From NCBI GenBank assembly GCA_905178155.1, contig CAJINV010000004.1, positions 11,019,655 through 11,083,654 on the forward strand: DNA of 64,000 nt, read 5' to 3'. Shown here one piece after another: positions 25,887 to 38,310 of the stretch. The notes beneath the pieces are model-generated. The model was not told the DNA's origin and made no database searches. It saw nothing but the letters and a program-made list of their open reading frames with translations. Made by a program: the position numbers and the translations under genes. The DNA is from Amoebophrya sp. A120. Lineage: Eukaryota > Protista > Dinoflagellata. Numbering within the stretch: the first letter of the stretch is position 1; each line of letters begins with the position of its first letter.

Positions 25887-28800
25887 CTACAGCATCACCA
25901 CAATTTCGTCTGGATCGGGTACAAACGCATTCTTCGGACTTTTCGGGGACCCCGGCTGCGACTTCGGGGAAAACGGTACCTCCGGCGCGTCTTCCGGATC
26001 GTCCTCCTTGTTCGTTTCGCCCATTTCCGACTCTGGGTGTTCCGAGGGCTCCACGTAGGGCATGCCCTCGAGCGGGTCGAGCATGTCGACAATTTGCTGG
26101 TTGCGAACCTCTTCGTAATCCAGAACCACGTGGAACCTGATAGTGATAGATAATGAAGTTTTCTTGCACCATCTACATTCATTCCGATGAACAAAGAACA
26201 AGACCCATGGCACGCTTGCTGTGTGCGTGACCACGGGGACAGTCAGCAATAGTGCACTTTCATTTCATCTGCAACTGCATCCATGCCAAAACTAAAGCAT
26301 GACGAGCACCAAAATTGAAATTCCTTAGCTGATAAACTAGATCAAAAGCAAAAGCAAGTAGATTTTTACTTCGGATCCTTGAACGTGACTGCGTTGTTTG
26401 GTATTCCCAGTCTTCTCAAGTCAATGTCCCATTCCTTCGGGTGTCCGTGCTCCATCAGCAGCTCCTCCACCGTGTCGCCCCACTTTCTCCAGGCACTCAA
26501 CTTCGCCCAGTGCCGTATCCACTCGACGGGATTCTTTCCCGTGTCGTCCTTCTGTAGCAGGTCGTGCTTGTCCGCGTCGATTTGCTGCAAGACGCGATCC
26601 TCCTCGGCTTTCTCAACCAAGTCCCCGTCTACTAACCCCGTCTCCTCGTCGACAAACTGCTCCACATCGACTTCCGGGATGCCCGCGCTGTTCTCGACCA
26701 GGTTCTTTGCCGCGATTTCGGGCTCGGAGATGGTTTCTAGGATGGTTTGGATCACCGCGGCCGGTATGGAGTTCTCAAATGTTGCATTCTCAACTGTTAC
26801 ATAAATTTGTCATGCAAGAGTGGCAGAATTGAAAAGGGAAAGCTGCTTGCGCCTGTTGCATTACAGGTTTGGTGTAGATTCTAATGCTATTTAGCGAGTC
26901 GCGAACCTGCCATGCGAAGCAGCTTGATCATGTAGATTAGATACTTACTCATAGCAAATTTGCATGACAGATCCATGCAACAGCTGAGAATGACGTTTGA
27001 GAACCCCATAGCCGGGTACCGCTGTTTGCAAGCCAGGATGACGGGGTTTTGTCGGTGCACGTCCCGGGAGCGCGTGGCGTGGATGCCGTTATGGAAGCGT
27101 CAGGTTTGAAATCGTCAAAGTTGAAATAATTTGTAATGCATAAAATGCGATACAAAAACTGACTCTATTGCAGAGGACCCACGGGAGGCAGATTATAGTC
27201 CTGGTAAAGGTAAAAAGTTGGACTGCTAACTAGCATGACAGAAGGCAGCTCTTTTGCCCTAAACCGCATGACAGACTCTTTTCCAGGACCGGGAAAATTT
27301 GTCATGCACCGACTACAGACTGTAGGTCTAACTGGTATCCGTTTTACGCATGACAAACTATTTCAACTTTGACGATTTCAAACCTGACACATCCATAGCC
27401 GTTGTGAAGCATGTAGTTGATCGTGCTGCGCAAGCTCGCTTCGTCCTTGCACTTCATTTCGCCGCTGAGCCCGATGTTGCCCAGAAGGAGGTGGTGCAGA
27501 ACCGTTTTTCCCTCCTTGTCCTTAGGCGAAAGAATCTCGTCCGGCGTGTACTGGAAAACTTCTTCTTCCTCCTTTTCATTTTTCGTCCCATCTTGGTCAA
27601 CATCTGCTCCACCTCCGTCGGCAGATTGCTGCTCGGCAGTTTTAGCAGGACTGCTGGGTAGTTGTTCCGGCGCTGCTCCCGCGACTTGCTGGTGCACGGA
27701 ATTTTTATCGTCGCCCTGCTTCTGCATCGGACGGCACCCGGACTCGACAACCATCTCGAGAACCGAGAGAAACTTCTCGTCCACCACGTGTCTGCAGAGC
27801 AACATCAAGGGCGTCCTCCCGCCTTTGTCTCGTTTATCAACCAAGTGGGCGATGTTGCGCTCCTTGTATTTCGTGGTCGCGCAAAAGCGAGCGAGGCACT
27901 TCTGGTCCCGCTTCTCGCACACCACGTGGAGCGCGGTCTTCCCGTCCATAGCGGCGAAGGTGGCGTCAGAATCTACGTAAAGCAGCTCCTCGACGAGGTC
28001 GGAATATCTTTTATGTGTTTTTTGAAGTTTCTTTAGTACTCCCGTCTGGTTTTGCTTTCTGCAAGTGAACAACGCAACCACGCACGCGCGTCGCGAATGA
28101 AAAACGAAACTCAACGTGAGAACGAACAAATCTACCTCTACGTGAAAAACAAGAATATAGTGTACTTACCCTCTCCGACACAGTGCTATCAACGGTGTGA
28201 CTTTGGTCGCGGGGTCCCCCAAGTTCGGGTTGCACAGCACCTTTTCCAAGCACTCTTTGACCCGTTCCACCATCTGCTCGCTGTAGGGTTCCCCGCAAAG
28301 GTCCAAAAACCACTTGTGAAAGGTCGGATACTGCTTCAACTGGAGAATCTTCTTTTCGTGCAGAATGGAGGTCAACCCGCGCAGGGTGTCCTGCTTCTGG
28401 TCCCGTGTTAACGGGTCGTCCGGGATGTACTGGTAGTTCTTCTGGATGAATTCAATCGCCCGCGCGATCCGCGGCACGTCTTTCCTCGCCAAGCCCGTGG
28501 AGAGCTCGAAGTCCGCGTATCGCGAGGAAAAATGCCCCCACCCCCAAGGTTGCAAAAATTTGTGATGCTAAGTTTCCAAATATATAATGAAAACTTTTTG
28601 TCATGCATGAAAGGAGTATGAGAATGAGACTTAACCTTTCTGATGCAGAGTCTACGTGTATGTCGCATCGCTTGCATGACAAGCGCCGCTCTTGCTGGGA
28701 TCTTTTGCAATGCAAATTTTTGCTATTCACGATCGGAAATCTGTGATGCTGATGCGATGCAAGAGGGCGAATGTTTCATTTGGAAAGGTGTGCAATACAA

Positions 28801-30208
28801 ATTCTCCCAAGTTCGGGGGTGGGGGCATTTTTCATTGTAATACCGCGAATTTCAGCAGAATTTCCTCGCTGGGCCGCAGCGTGTCCCGGTCGGAATACAG
28901 CTTGCAGCAAATGTCGTACTGGGTCCACATATGCACTGCAAATATGTCTGGGTCTGGAAGTAGAATGCAAGTTTGTCATGCTTGTCTGGCATGAGTCTGA
29001 GATCTGTGACGCATGAGCAGGAAAGGGGCCTCTTGCCTGTCATGCAAAAACGCAGTTTGTCCTGCGAAAAACGAAACACACAGCAGCGCAAAAACTTGAA
29101 CTTGTCATGCTGCGCTGCATATTGTAATCTAATGCCAATGCGGCCACATTTCGTAGATTTGCATCACAAGTTTCCAGACCCAGACATACTTGCATTTGAT
29201 ACCACACCCGCCAGCACATCTCCATCCGGTCCTTCAGCGTGTCCGCGAAGTTGTCCGCGGACGCGCGCGTGGTCAGTTATGAAAGCCTCAGGTTGGAAAT
29301 CCTCAAAGTGAAAATAATTTGCAATGCAAAAAAACGACTCCAGTTGGAGCACCATTTATAGCCGGCGCATGACAAATTTCCCGGGCACTCAAAACGTGTC
29401 TGTCATGCTAGTTAGGCAAAGGGGTGCCCTTCTCTCATGCTAATCAGCAGCCCAATTCTGAACCCATAAAAGCACAATAGTCGGCCTCCATTGCGTTCTC
29501 CACAATACATTCTTTTTGGTGTCGCATTTCATGCATCACAATATTTATATTATTTGTATTTCCACTTTGAGGATTTCCATTCTGAGGGTGTCATATCAGC
29601 AGCGCCAGAACGTGTTCCGCCTTCTCTTTCGAGATCGCCGCCAGCCGGGCCACCGTGTCGAAGGCCTGCTTTTCCGTCGAAGTGTACTTTTGCGTCTTTT
29701 CCAGTAGCGACCGCAGTTCCTGCACGTCCGCGCGCCTGCTCGTGGGCGAAGCTTCGCCCACGTCGTAAAAGGGGAGTTTTTGCGTTTTGTGGAGCGTCTG
29801 GGTCGTGGAGAGGGACACTTTGCTGTTTTTGTAGCTGCTTGATGATTTTTTTCCTTTCGATGTATTGGGCTCCTTGTACAGACTATTCGCGAGGAAGTCC
29901 TCTCGAAGCTGGATTCTCGTCTCGTTTATCTTCGCCAACAGCTGTTGAATCGGAAACGGCGTCTCGGGCTCGGTGGCGAGCAAATCCCGGAGTTCGTTGA
30001 TCAGGCTGTGCAACCGGCATTGATCATTTCCACTTTCTTGTAGTTCTACTTCCCCGTTGCCAATGTGGTCCGGCAAATCCTTCGCCTTGCCCGTCCACCC
30101 GCACAAGTTCGGACACTCCACATGTCGGTGGGTACATTTGAGCTTGTAATGCTCATCCAAATCGCAGGCGAGAACGAGCTGGCCGCAGTGCTGCTGGCAA
30201 CGAACCGC
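25887..30208 (-). CDS. TRAF-type Zn-finger plus ankyrin-repeat protein (at least 827 aa; 5' exon(s) unresolved); 5 introners and 2 GT-AG introns
   Basis: VRCQQHCGQLVLACDLDEHYKLKCTHRHVECPNLCGW (TRAF Zn finger); GKTALHVVC, GRTPLMLLC, GKTVLHHLL (ankyrin). Removing all 7 intervening sequences leaves 2484 nt, a multiple of 3, with every junction in frame. Confidence 0.85.
26765..27010. mobile_element. Introner, family C (246 bp), TSD GCCGG; opposite orientation to 21473-21715
   Basis: TIR TATGGAGTTCTCAAATGTT / AATGACGTTTGAGAACCCCATA; join RYPA|AVIQT. Confidence 0.93.
27090..27397. mobile_element. Introner, family B (308 bp), TSD GCCGT
   Basis: TIR TATGGAAGCGTCAGGTTTGAAATCGTCAAAGTTGAAATA; close copy at 32117-32424; join LHNG|IHATR. 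Confidence 0.95.
28518..28842. mobile_element. Introner, family D (325 bp), TSD CCGCG
   Basis: TIR TAT......GAAAAATGCCCCCACCCCC at both ends; join LKFA|DFELS. Confidence 0.93.
28930..29201. mobile_element. Introner, family A variant (272 bp), TSD CCACA
   Basis: TIR containing GTCTGGGTCTGGAA; join WRVW|TQYDI. Confidence 0.92.
29278..29595. mobile_element. Introner, family B variant (318 bp), TSD TCAGT/TCAGC; opposite orientation to 27090-27397
   Basis: TIR TATGA....CTCAG..TGGAAATCCTCAAAGTG.AAATA; interior is reverse-complement related to 27140-27310; join LALL|TTRAS. Confidence 0.9.
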
Positions 30209-31338
30209 CTGGAAGTTGGTAAAGGAAATGTTCAGCTTCGAGGTGTTCAGCATGATGTTGATTTTCTTTCGTCGATCTACTTGTACTTGTGTGGCGGAGT
30301 ATTCTTCGTGTGCGGGAGAAGAAATGCTGATGTCAAGAAGAACGACGAGAACCACAGCGTCGGTTTGCTATCACGTAGATCAAGACCACACAGATGCCCA
30401 CCTCCTTGTGCCCGCTGGGACTGCTGCAAGAGCAAGCACGTCAAACTCCATTCTGTTTTGCTTATCGTGGTGCGTGTAAGTACTAACTTGCATTCAAATT
30501 CAATAAAAGCAAAAGCAAACTCTGGTGTACATGTATAAATAAACACGGAATCTTCGAAATCACTTCTGCCGTAGCCAGAACCAAACAAAACTACAGGCTG
30601 GGTTGTATCCAGGCTAGATTGCTGACATTCTTGAGTGGGTGGGTAGCTGGAGGTAGTCGAGACCGAGAAAGTGTGGTCCTAGATGTCCTTTCGATCTTGG
30701 GACGATGGGTCGTCCCTGGTAGATAGCAACCACGGCGACATCCTCTTGCTTTCGTAAAGATAGAACCAAATATTACACGACCTTGGTTCATCGTGGGATA
30801 ATTACACGACGTCATCCAACAATACAACTTGCGGTAATTGAAACGAGACTACCAGATAACTTTATCGTATCGCTCCGCGCCGTCCGTGTCATCTCTGACT
30901 CTGTCTCAGTTGGCTCATCTTCTCAAGGTTCTTGTCGGTGCCTAACAAACAAGACATCTCAGCAGCTCTCACAACTCACGAGCCCGAACTACTTTTGGTG
31001 GGACGAATGAGGTCGGTACCAAGACACCGACACGCTTCCAGACAAGAACGACAACTGGTATCTTAGAGGCAGCGCTCCTGTCGACGTGCTCCATTTCCAT
31101 GAGACCACCATGATCTGCGTGGCTGATCATGCTGTTGAAATCTTCAAGGCTCGTATCTCTTGTCAAAGACAAACTTGAACGAAGGTGGCGTCGTACTCGT
31201 ATTCACTGTACCGGCAAGGATCATCATGAAAGAAAGTTGTATCATGGGCTTGCCACCTTACCCTTAGTACCCCAACGTCCCTCCGTCTCCGGCGCACGAC
31301 ACCAGCTTCAAATTGTTTAGATCTGCACATCAAACGTA

Positions 31339-34300
31339 TCATAGCTCCTCCTTTGCCAGTTCCTCTTTCATGGCCGCAGTCTGCTCCTCGGGCTCGTCGT
31401 CTATCTGCCACCAATACATCCAGTCCATGGCGATATGAACTGCAAAAGTATCGCACTCGTATATTTATAATGCATTACAAATTTTCTGAGCATGAGAAAT
31501 AAAATTTGTAATGCTATTTTGCCTTGACAAAGAAATTTGTAATGCAAGACCTGCATTTATACGAGTACGATACTTTTGCACAGCATAGGCGAGAAACACC
31601 CGTTGATTTGGTCGGTTCTCCCACACCGCACGGACCACGCCCGGCCACTGCGGCGAAAAGTCGTGGCCCAGAACGAGGCCGCCCGGCATAATTTTGGGGA
31701 TCCAAAGACGGAGGTCTTCCTCGACACAGTGATAAAAGTGGCAGCCGTCCACGAAAACCGCGTGGATGGATTGGTCGGGGACGTTCTTTACCTGGAAATA
31801 GGGATGGAGAAGATAGAAGGGATCTTCATGGAGCACTATTTATTTATCGTCCTTATTGATTCCGAACGCTGGATCAAGAAAAAAGAAGTGAAACGGCAAT
31901 CAGAATCATATAGAATCGACCGAATCTAAATCAACATACTGGAGGCAATACAACGAGGACGTATATCATCTCAGTAGTAGAGGACAAGAACTCGGACCAC
32001 TGCGTGTTCGCCTAAAAATACCGCTTCCAAACTCGTTGTGGGCCACAGCGTCGCCCTCCCGGGCCCGGATTCCTCGTAGATGGCCATGGCGTTGCTGTAC
32101 GCGATGGACGGATCCATATGGATGTGTCAGAGTTGAAATCGACAAAGTTGAAATAACTTGTAATGCATGAAATGCGATACAAAAAGTGACTCTATTGCAG
32201 AGGACGCAAGGGAGGCAGATTATAGTCCTGGTAAGGGTCAAAAGTTGGACTGCTGACTAGCATGACAGAAGGCAGCTCTTTTGCCCTAAACCGCATGACA
32301 GACTCGCTTCCCGGACCGGGAAAATTTGTCATGCACCGACTACAAACTGCAGGTCTAGCTGGTATCCGTTTTATGCATGACAAACAATTTCAACTTGGAC
32401 GATTTCAAACCTGACACATCCATAATCCAAAGTCTGGGAGTAATCCCCCGGGAAGGTTTCGTCGGTTCCTATGTAGGGATCGATCCCGATATCCACAGAA
32501 AAAAACCCATCCCCATCCATTTTCTGCATGTTGCAAGACACCGGATTTCACTTTTTTTATGTATGTTCCGCATGACAACTCGGATGGGGATGGGTTTTTT
32601 TCTGTGGAGACCCGATCAGCTGCAGTTTCGGGAACTTTTCCAGCAGGAACTTGGAAAAGTGGCCGGCGAACACCCCCACTTCGACGACCCGCAGCTCTTC
32701 TATCCCGTACTCGGAAAGAAGCGAATTCACGATTTCCCAGCGCATACCGAACTTCTCGCTGATATTCTGGACAAAAACGTCCCCACCCGAAAATCAAGAT
32801 GGGGATATCGCATAACAAGTCCAGAAATTCTGGGAGTCACGCATGACATCAAGTTCCTCTCTGTATTGTAGTGCAGTTGTGTAGCAAAAGCAAGTGCTGC
32901 CACATCACAAAGCCACCTACCGATCCTGACGCGCATTGCAAAGCTCTCGGTAACTGTAACTGCAAATCTGCGTGACAACTCTGGGGTGGGGACGTTTTTA
33001 TCAATCAGGATAGCTGAAGAAAAACCGGGGTTTCGGCGTTGGCAAAGGGTACGTGTTGTTTGCGTCGTTCGCCCCCAGTTTCTCCCACCGCTTCTCGTTC
33101 CCCCACTCGGTGTGCACCACCTGCTTGGCCTCTATCACGTCCTGGACCCACAAAAAGTGGTTGGCCTGCCACGCGTTCCAGCGAACCCACTGCGAGATGT
33201 CGTTGACCACATCAATCGACAGACGCCAGAAGGTGGACGGCAAAATCTGCCCGCGCTGCTTCTGCTTCTCGAGTAGCTGCTCGAGGAAGGTTTTTCTCCA
33301 CTTGCCTATCCAAGAAAAAAACGTTGTTAGTGTAAATTTGTGATGCGCAACATGCGAGATGATTGCGTCTGTCATGCTTAGCATGCATGGTAGGGTCTAT
33401 TAAAAGGCGTTTTCACGTACTATCTGCGCATGACAGGTTTTTGCTGTCATGCCAGACAAATTTGTAATGCTGTTCCTCCAAAAAAGTTACACCTACAATG
33501 TTTTTTTGTTGGATATTGCCCACTTGCTCTGCCACGAAAAACTTCAGCGGCGTCAAAAAGTACCGCTCCTCGCACCGCTCCATGCGCCCGCGGATCTGGT
33601 TGGCCGCGACGTTCAGAAACGACCCGCAGTTCACCTCCTCGCCGTAGAGGTTTACGTTGTTCTTCTCAAAATTGTCGTCGTCCGAGGTGCAGAGAATCAT
33701 GTAACCTAAGGACATAGAGACCACGTCGAAGGCGAGTGTCGTCAACGCTTCGCACCCCCGTTTTTGCACCTTCTCATTTCCAGTGACCTTGCAGGTCAGC
33801 ATGGTCTCGTTCACCCCGATAATCAGGTCCTCGATCCCCGGGCTCGCTTTCGCGGTCTGGTACACCTTATCCTGTCCAAAAGCATCGTATTCGTATTGCA
33901 AACATGCATTACAAATCCTTTTCTTAAGGTCAATCCGCATTACAAATTTTCTCTCTCATGCTGGGGAAATTTGTAATGCATTTTTTATACGAGGAGTACG
34001 ATACTTTTGCAATGCCTACACCTGATCCAGGCAAAATTCGCTGTCCGCCAAAGAGTGCTCCTCATCCGTGAAGCAGTCGACCAGGGACTCGAAAGTCCGT
34101 GCGTTCGGCGGTTGTACTTTGTACAGGGAAAGTGGCACGCCGGTGCTGGTGTGCGTTTCGTTCTTGGCGAAGGCGGCGAGGCTTGCTGTGTAAAGCACTC
34201 CGATCGTGCTCGCAGCTGCGGTCGTAGCAACAGCCAGCCCGGTTTTTTTATTTTGTCGCCGTCGGAGCGGGGGCGGGGGCGGTCTTTTAGTACGAGAATA

Positions 34301-34339
34301 GGTTTCTACTTGTGGCATGGTGACGGTGCTGAAGATCAT
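31339..34339 (-). CDS. Class I SAM-dependent methyltransferase (Methyltransf_24-like) with N-terminal hydrophobic segment, ~515 aa; 6 introners and 1 GT-AG intron (31792-32021)
   Basis: VVEVGVFAGHFS, LIG|IDPY, AVFVDGCHFY, PGGLVLGHDFSPQWPGVVRAV, FLA|MDWMYWW; spliced length 1548 nt. Confidence 0.9.
31434..31587. mobile_element. Introner, family F (154 bp), TSD GGCGA
   Basis: TIR TATG...TGCAAAAGTATCG(C/T)ACTCGTAT; join RVFLA|MDW. Confidence 0.93.
32117..32424. mobile_element. Introner, family B (308 bp), TSD ATCCA
   Basis: Same length and orientation as 27090-27397; join QTLD|PSIAY. Confidence 0.95.
32490..32610. mobile_element. Introner, family E (121 bp), TSD CCCGA; one terminal TA changed to GA
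   Basis: TIR TATCCACAGAAAAAAACCCATCCCCATCC / GGATGGGGATGGGTTTTTTTCTGTGGAGA; join QLIG|IDPY. Confidence 0.92.
32763..33012. mobile_element. Introner, D-related (250 bp), TSD GCTGA
   Basis: AAAAACGTCCCCACCC inverted at both ends; join RFFFS|EKFGMRW. Confidence 0.88.
33307..33515. mobile_element. Introner, family H (209 bp), TSD TTGCC
   Basis: TIR TATCCAA(G/C)AAAAAAAC(G/A)TTGT..GTGTAA; join EQVG|KWRKT. Confidence 0.92.
33868..34018. mobile_element. Introner, family F (151 bp), TSD CACCT
   Basis: Family F TIR; join LDQV|YQTAK. Transcript-sense TSD AGGTG allows GT-AG ends. Confidence 0.9.
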
Positions 34340-35423
34340 AGGGGGCGTGAAGGCGGGTCCGTTACGCTTAGGGGAACTACGAGCAACTAAATAATAATGC
34401 TGCGCAACTTCATCTGTGGGTCGATGATGATACGAACAAAGACCGAAGCCGAGTTACAATGAATCGCATCCATTCGGATCTTCAAACAAAATCAAAACGC
34501 GGCACCATTTTCAGGAAGAAGAAAAGCAAAGAAGAGCGCAAAAAGAGTTCTGACGTCGACGAATGGCACAATGAGTGTTCTTCTTGCTCAAGGGGTGAAT
34601 GTTGAGCCTGTGTTGACTCCGCCGGAGAGCAGGACAGATCTTGTTGTTGAAGACACGGCGGGACAAAGAAAAAAAAAGTTCTTGTGAATACGAAACTCAA
34701 GAAGTATGTTGAACTTGAAGTTTGAAGAGGCTCCAAAATCAAACACATCGGGACAACGTCGAAGAATTCATGGGATGAACCGAATCTAGCTACGTACTTC
34801 GAAAAAAGTCACGCTTTATTTCAAACACAATCTTTGCGGTAACCAAAAAATACGCAGCCTGTCAAGCGACTCGACTGACTCTGACTCGGAACGTCTTGAT
34901 GATCTTGATGTCGACCGACAAAAAGCAGGGAGGACCATGCTCTTCTAGTACTACAGAACAACTACAGTTGATAGCCAGGAGCGAGAAAAGACGCGATCTC
35001 ACCGCCACCAGAATGTCGGTGGTATCAGATTTGCTTAGGTGCTCGGCACGAAGTGGTGAAGACCCGCTCGTCCTGTAGCTGTAGCTCGATTAAGATACTT
35101 CTACAGCATTAATCTCATCTTTATTCTTTTGAAAAAATGGCTCTCGTTCTGGTTGACAGCGGAAAACAAATTTCTATCACGCCCGTCACTGAAAAGTAGA
35201 GTGTTGAATGAAAGACACAACTGCTGTCTTGTAGTTGTGGTGCATTTTCATCTTCAGTTGTTGACCATTACCTCTACCGCCCAAAGAAACACATACCTAC
35301 GTTATGACATGACCCGCTCCTTGTCAGTCGAGCTGCATCAGGATGTGTACTATCTCTATCACCGGCAGCACAGCAATGATAACTTGCTATCTGTACTATC
35401 TACCCCGTGACCTATCCTCCTTT

Positions 35424-37623
35424 CTACCCGGAATCCGACGGAATTTCGATTTCTCCCCCGCCCTGCGCGTACCACAGTTGTCGCATGCGTTTTAACTCCG
35501 TTTCTGCTTCCACTCTTTTCCGCTTTTCCTCCAGGACTCGGGACTCCCACAGCTTCAACTCCTGGTCGAGCGACCGCTTCGGCTTCAGCGGTGCGCTGGG
35601 AGGGGGTGGCACTAGAGCAATCGCCGCGGTCGTGCTTTGATTGTTCAGCGTCCCAGCATCCTCGTTTTCAGCTGGAGAGCCGGTTCTTGACCCTTTACCG
35701 TTCATCTGCAGAAGCAAGTACTGCGCAATGTCGTGGTCACGCTGCATCTGCTGCATCCGTGCATACGCGTCGTAAGCAGGATTGCTGTTGTTATTATTTT
35801 CGCCCCGCTGCTGCGGCTGTGCTGCGCCGAAATTGGTCGAGGAGTTTGTGTTTCCGCGGATCTGGCTCAGCCGCTCGTCGTGTTGGCGCTCCGATTCTCC
35901 GACCTGCTTCTTGTTTGCATTGAAAAACGACGGACCGGCATGAGCTCCACTCGCAGATGCACCACCAGGGCCTTTCCTCCCTGGAACTTTCCTCTCGACT
36001 GGAGGAGCTACGGCCTTGTTCCGTAAGAGCGCGGTAGCAGAAGAGGGACGGTAGTTCTCCTTGTCAACGACCTCGAGGGCGTCGAATCCACGACCGGGTC
36101 CAGCATAAGAATTATGCAGCTGTTGTTCCCGCTTTTTCTGCTCGCGGCGACTGACCAATTTCTTCCGCCCCTTGTCCTCCCTCCCGCACAGACTGCCCGC
36201 GGGCCGGATCGGGCCGTCAAAGTAGTCGTGTTCTGTGTGTTTATCATCAGTGCCACCTCCAACGTTTACGTTCGAAGCGGTGGCCATAAGTTCCTCGACA
36301 ATGCGGTCGTCCTGGTCGGTGATGTCCCTGGTGTTTGCTGCAGCCCCGACGTCTGAAGATTTGCTCCCCGTGTTGTGGTTGAATCGTGGTGCGGCTGGCG
36401 GTATTTGCTGCAGTGCTGGTCGATCACTATGCAGAGGACCTGTACCTGGTTCAGGAGCATTTATTCTACCGCCGGAAAGAACTGCAGCTGGACTTGCACT
36501 TGCTTGTCCACCAGCACCGCCAGCCCGCGTAGACAGTTTCCTTGTTTGATTATTAACGTCCATTTGCAGCAACGGCCCCGGGAGCAGCTTATCGTCGATT
36601 GCGAGGCGGTTCAACTTGTTCGCAGCGGCGTTCGTCGTTTGGTGCAAAGCTGCTCCGGATGACGAAGTTGCCAGCTTGTTGAGCAAGTGTTGATGTGCTG
36701 TTTTCAACGGGGCGAGCGCTGGACGATGTTGGTAGTCGCCGCCTGTTGTGCCAGAAACGGTTGTACTTGCCACGGGAACCCAGCCACTGGCATCCCAGTT
36801 AGAAACCGCAGAAGCGCAAACGGAACCAACGTCGGTTACGGAAAAAGAGGTCGACACGCCATCGAGGTCACCTTTTTTTTTTTCTTTTTCATCTTCACGC
36901 AACTATGATATGTGTTTTGCTATACGAAAAGAAGAAGCAGTTCTATGCAGGAGCGGTCCTCTTCCAAGTCGTGCAACCACGCTGCAAGAAGTCGTTGTAC
37001 CTGTTCCAACTTTCTGGTGCCACGGTACCTTCTATGAGAGTGCACAACTCGAACTCCCCCTCCCCCTCATTTGTATTGCATGAACGGCAGTACAAGCATC
37101 AGCAAGAGTGCCGGTTTTGCATGACAAATTTGCGCTGGAGTGTAGTGCTATTTGGGCTGCCAGAACTTGTCATGCAACTAGTGCCGAGAGACAAACGGTG
37201 GATTGGGTATTTTGCATGACAAATGAGGGGGAGGAGGAGTTGTGTACTTTCATACCTTCCTCCTCGGGTACCGCCTGGGCTGCATCGCCACCAGCTTTTC
37301 CTGTAGGTTGCTCAGCCGGTCCTCTTGGTCGCGAGAGAATATGCAATGCAAAAGCATCGCACTAGTATAAAAATAAATTGCATTACAAATTAGCCCAGCA
37401 TTACAAATTAAATTTGTAATGCTGATTTACCTTGGGAAAGAGGTTTGCAATGCATAAATGCAATTACTACGAATACGATACTTTTGCACAGGATAGAGAA
37501 GGGCACGTTGCGGTGGAGGTTCTTGTGCTGGTTCGTCCCTTGTAGCTCCGACAGCTCCCTCTGCAGGCTGCCGGCGGCGGCCCCATACTGTTCCGCAATT
37601 TTGGAGTACATCGTCGGGAACAA
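35424..37623 (-). CDS. Hypothetical low-complexity protein with C-terminal coiled coil; 2 introners; 5' end unresolved
   Basis: NVPFS|RDQED...PRRK|VPWHQK joins restore the frame; probable GT-AG intron before the 492-aa ORF at 36902. Confidence 0.7.
37033..37254. mobile_element. Introner, family G (222 bp), TSD CCTTC
   Basis: TIR TATGA(G/A)AGT(G/A)CACAACTC...CTCCCCCTCATTTGT. Confidence 0.92.
37340..37495. mobile_element. Introner, family F (156 bp), TSD GAGAA; opposite orientation to 33868 and 62371
   Basis: Ends TATGCAATGCAAAAGCATCGCACTAGTAT / CGAATACGATACTTTTGCACAGGATA. Confidence 0.92.
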
Positions 37624-38310
37624 GCGGATGTGAAGATCTTGTAGCGTACGAAGGTCAGTTTTTGTTTTGTTCAGGAAAAAGCTACAACCTGTTTGAAACT
37701 GTAGTTGTGAAATAAGTTTCCTTTTTTCTTTTTTCGCATACTTGCCGCAAGAAGAAACGGACGCACAACGCCTCAGAAGCAGATTAGAAGTACATCAACG
37801 TCTCAGGAATCTTGTCAACGAGCGAAGGAAGTAGATAGATTGCACTCGTCTTTCACTTTCGAGGGGCCACAGTGAAACTACTCGCTCAGCTAAACAAGGA
37901 GTCGCACGATTTGCACTCAGAACCAACGACCACAACTCGGTACAACCACGACACACGGCACATCACACACGAGGGCTGCATCAAGTAATGAACGGGGAGG
38001 AGCAGACCACAGCCACACAAAACCCACGAGCAAACCTAGAGGCACGGATATGATTGTTCATCCTGGCTGCTGCCCATTTCTCTAACTCTTCAACATCTTC
38101 ATTTTTGTGCTGTTGGAAGCCTGGTACATATTGTTGATCTGTACATGAAGACTCAAGAACCAAATTTAAATGTTTGATAGAAACCGAAACTGAAACTATA
38201 ACTATAACTACTCCTACGTACTGGCACTGTGACAAAACAAATCTCAAGGAAGCGAGTTGATGAAGATTGAAACCTGATCCCTTCAACAACCTTGGACCTT
38301 CATCCAGTCG

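Noticed and set aside
30568-30582. Relic dinoflagellate spliced leader (CCGTAGCCA)
   Set aside because: Only 9 nt match; the TTTTGGCTCAAG part is absent.
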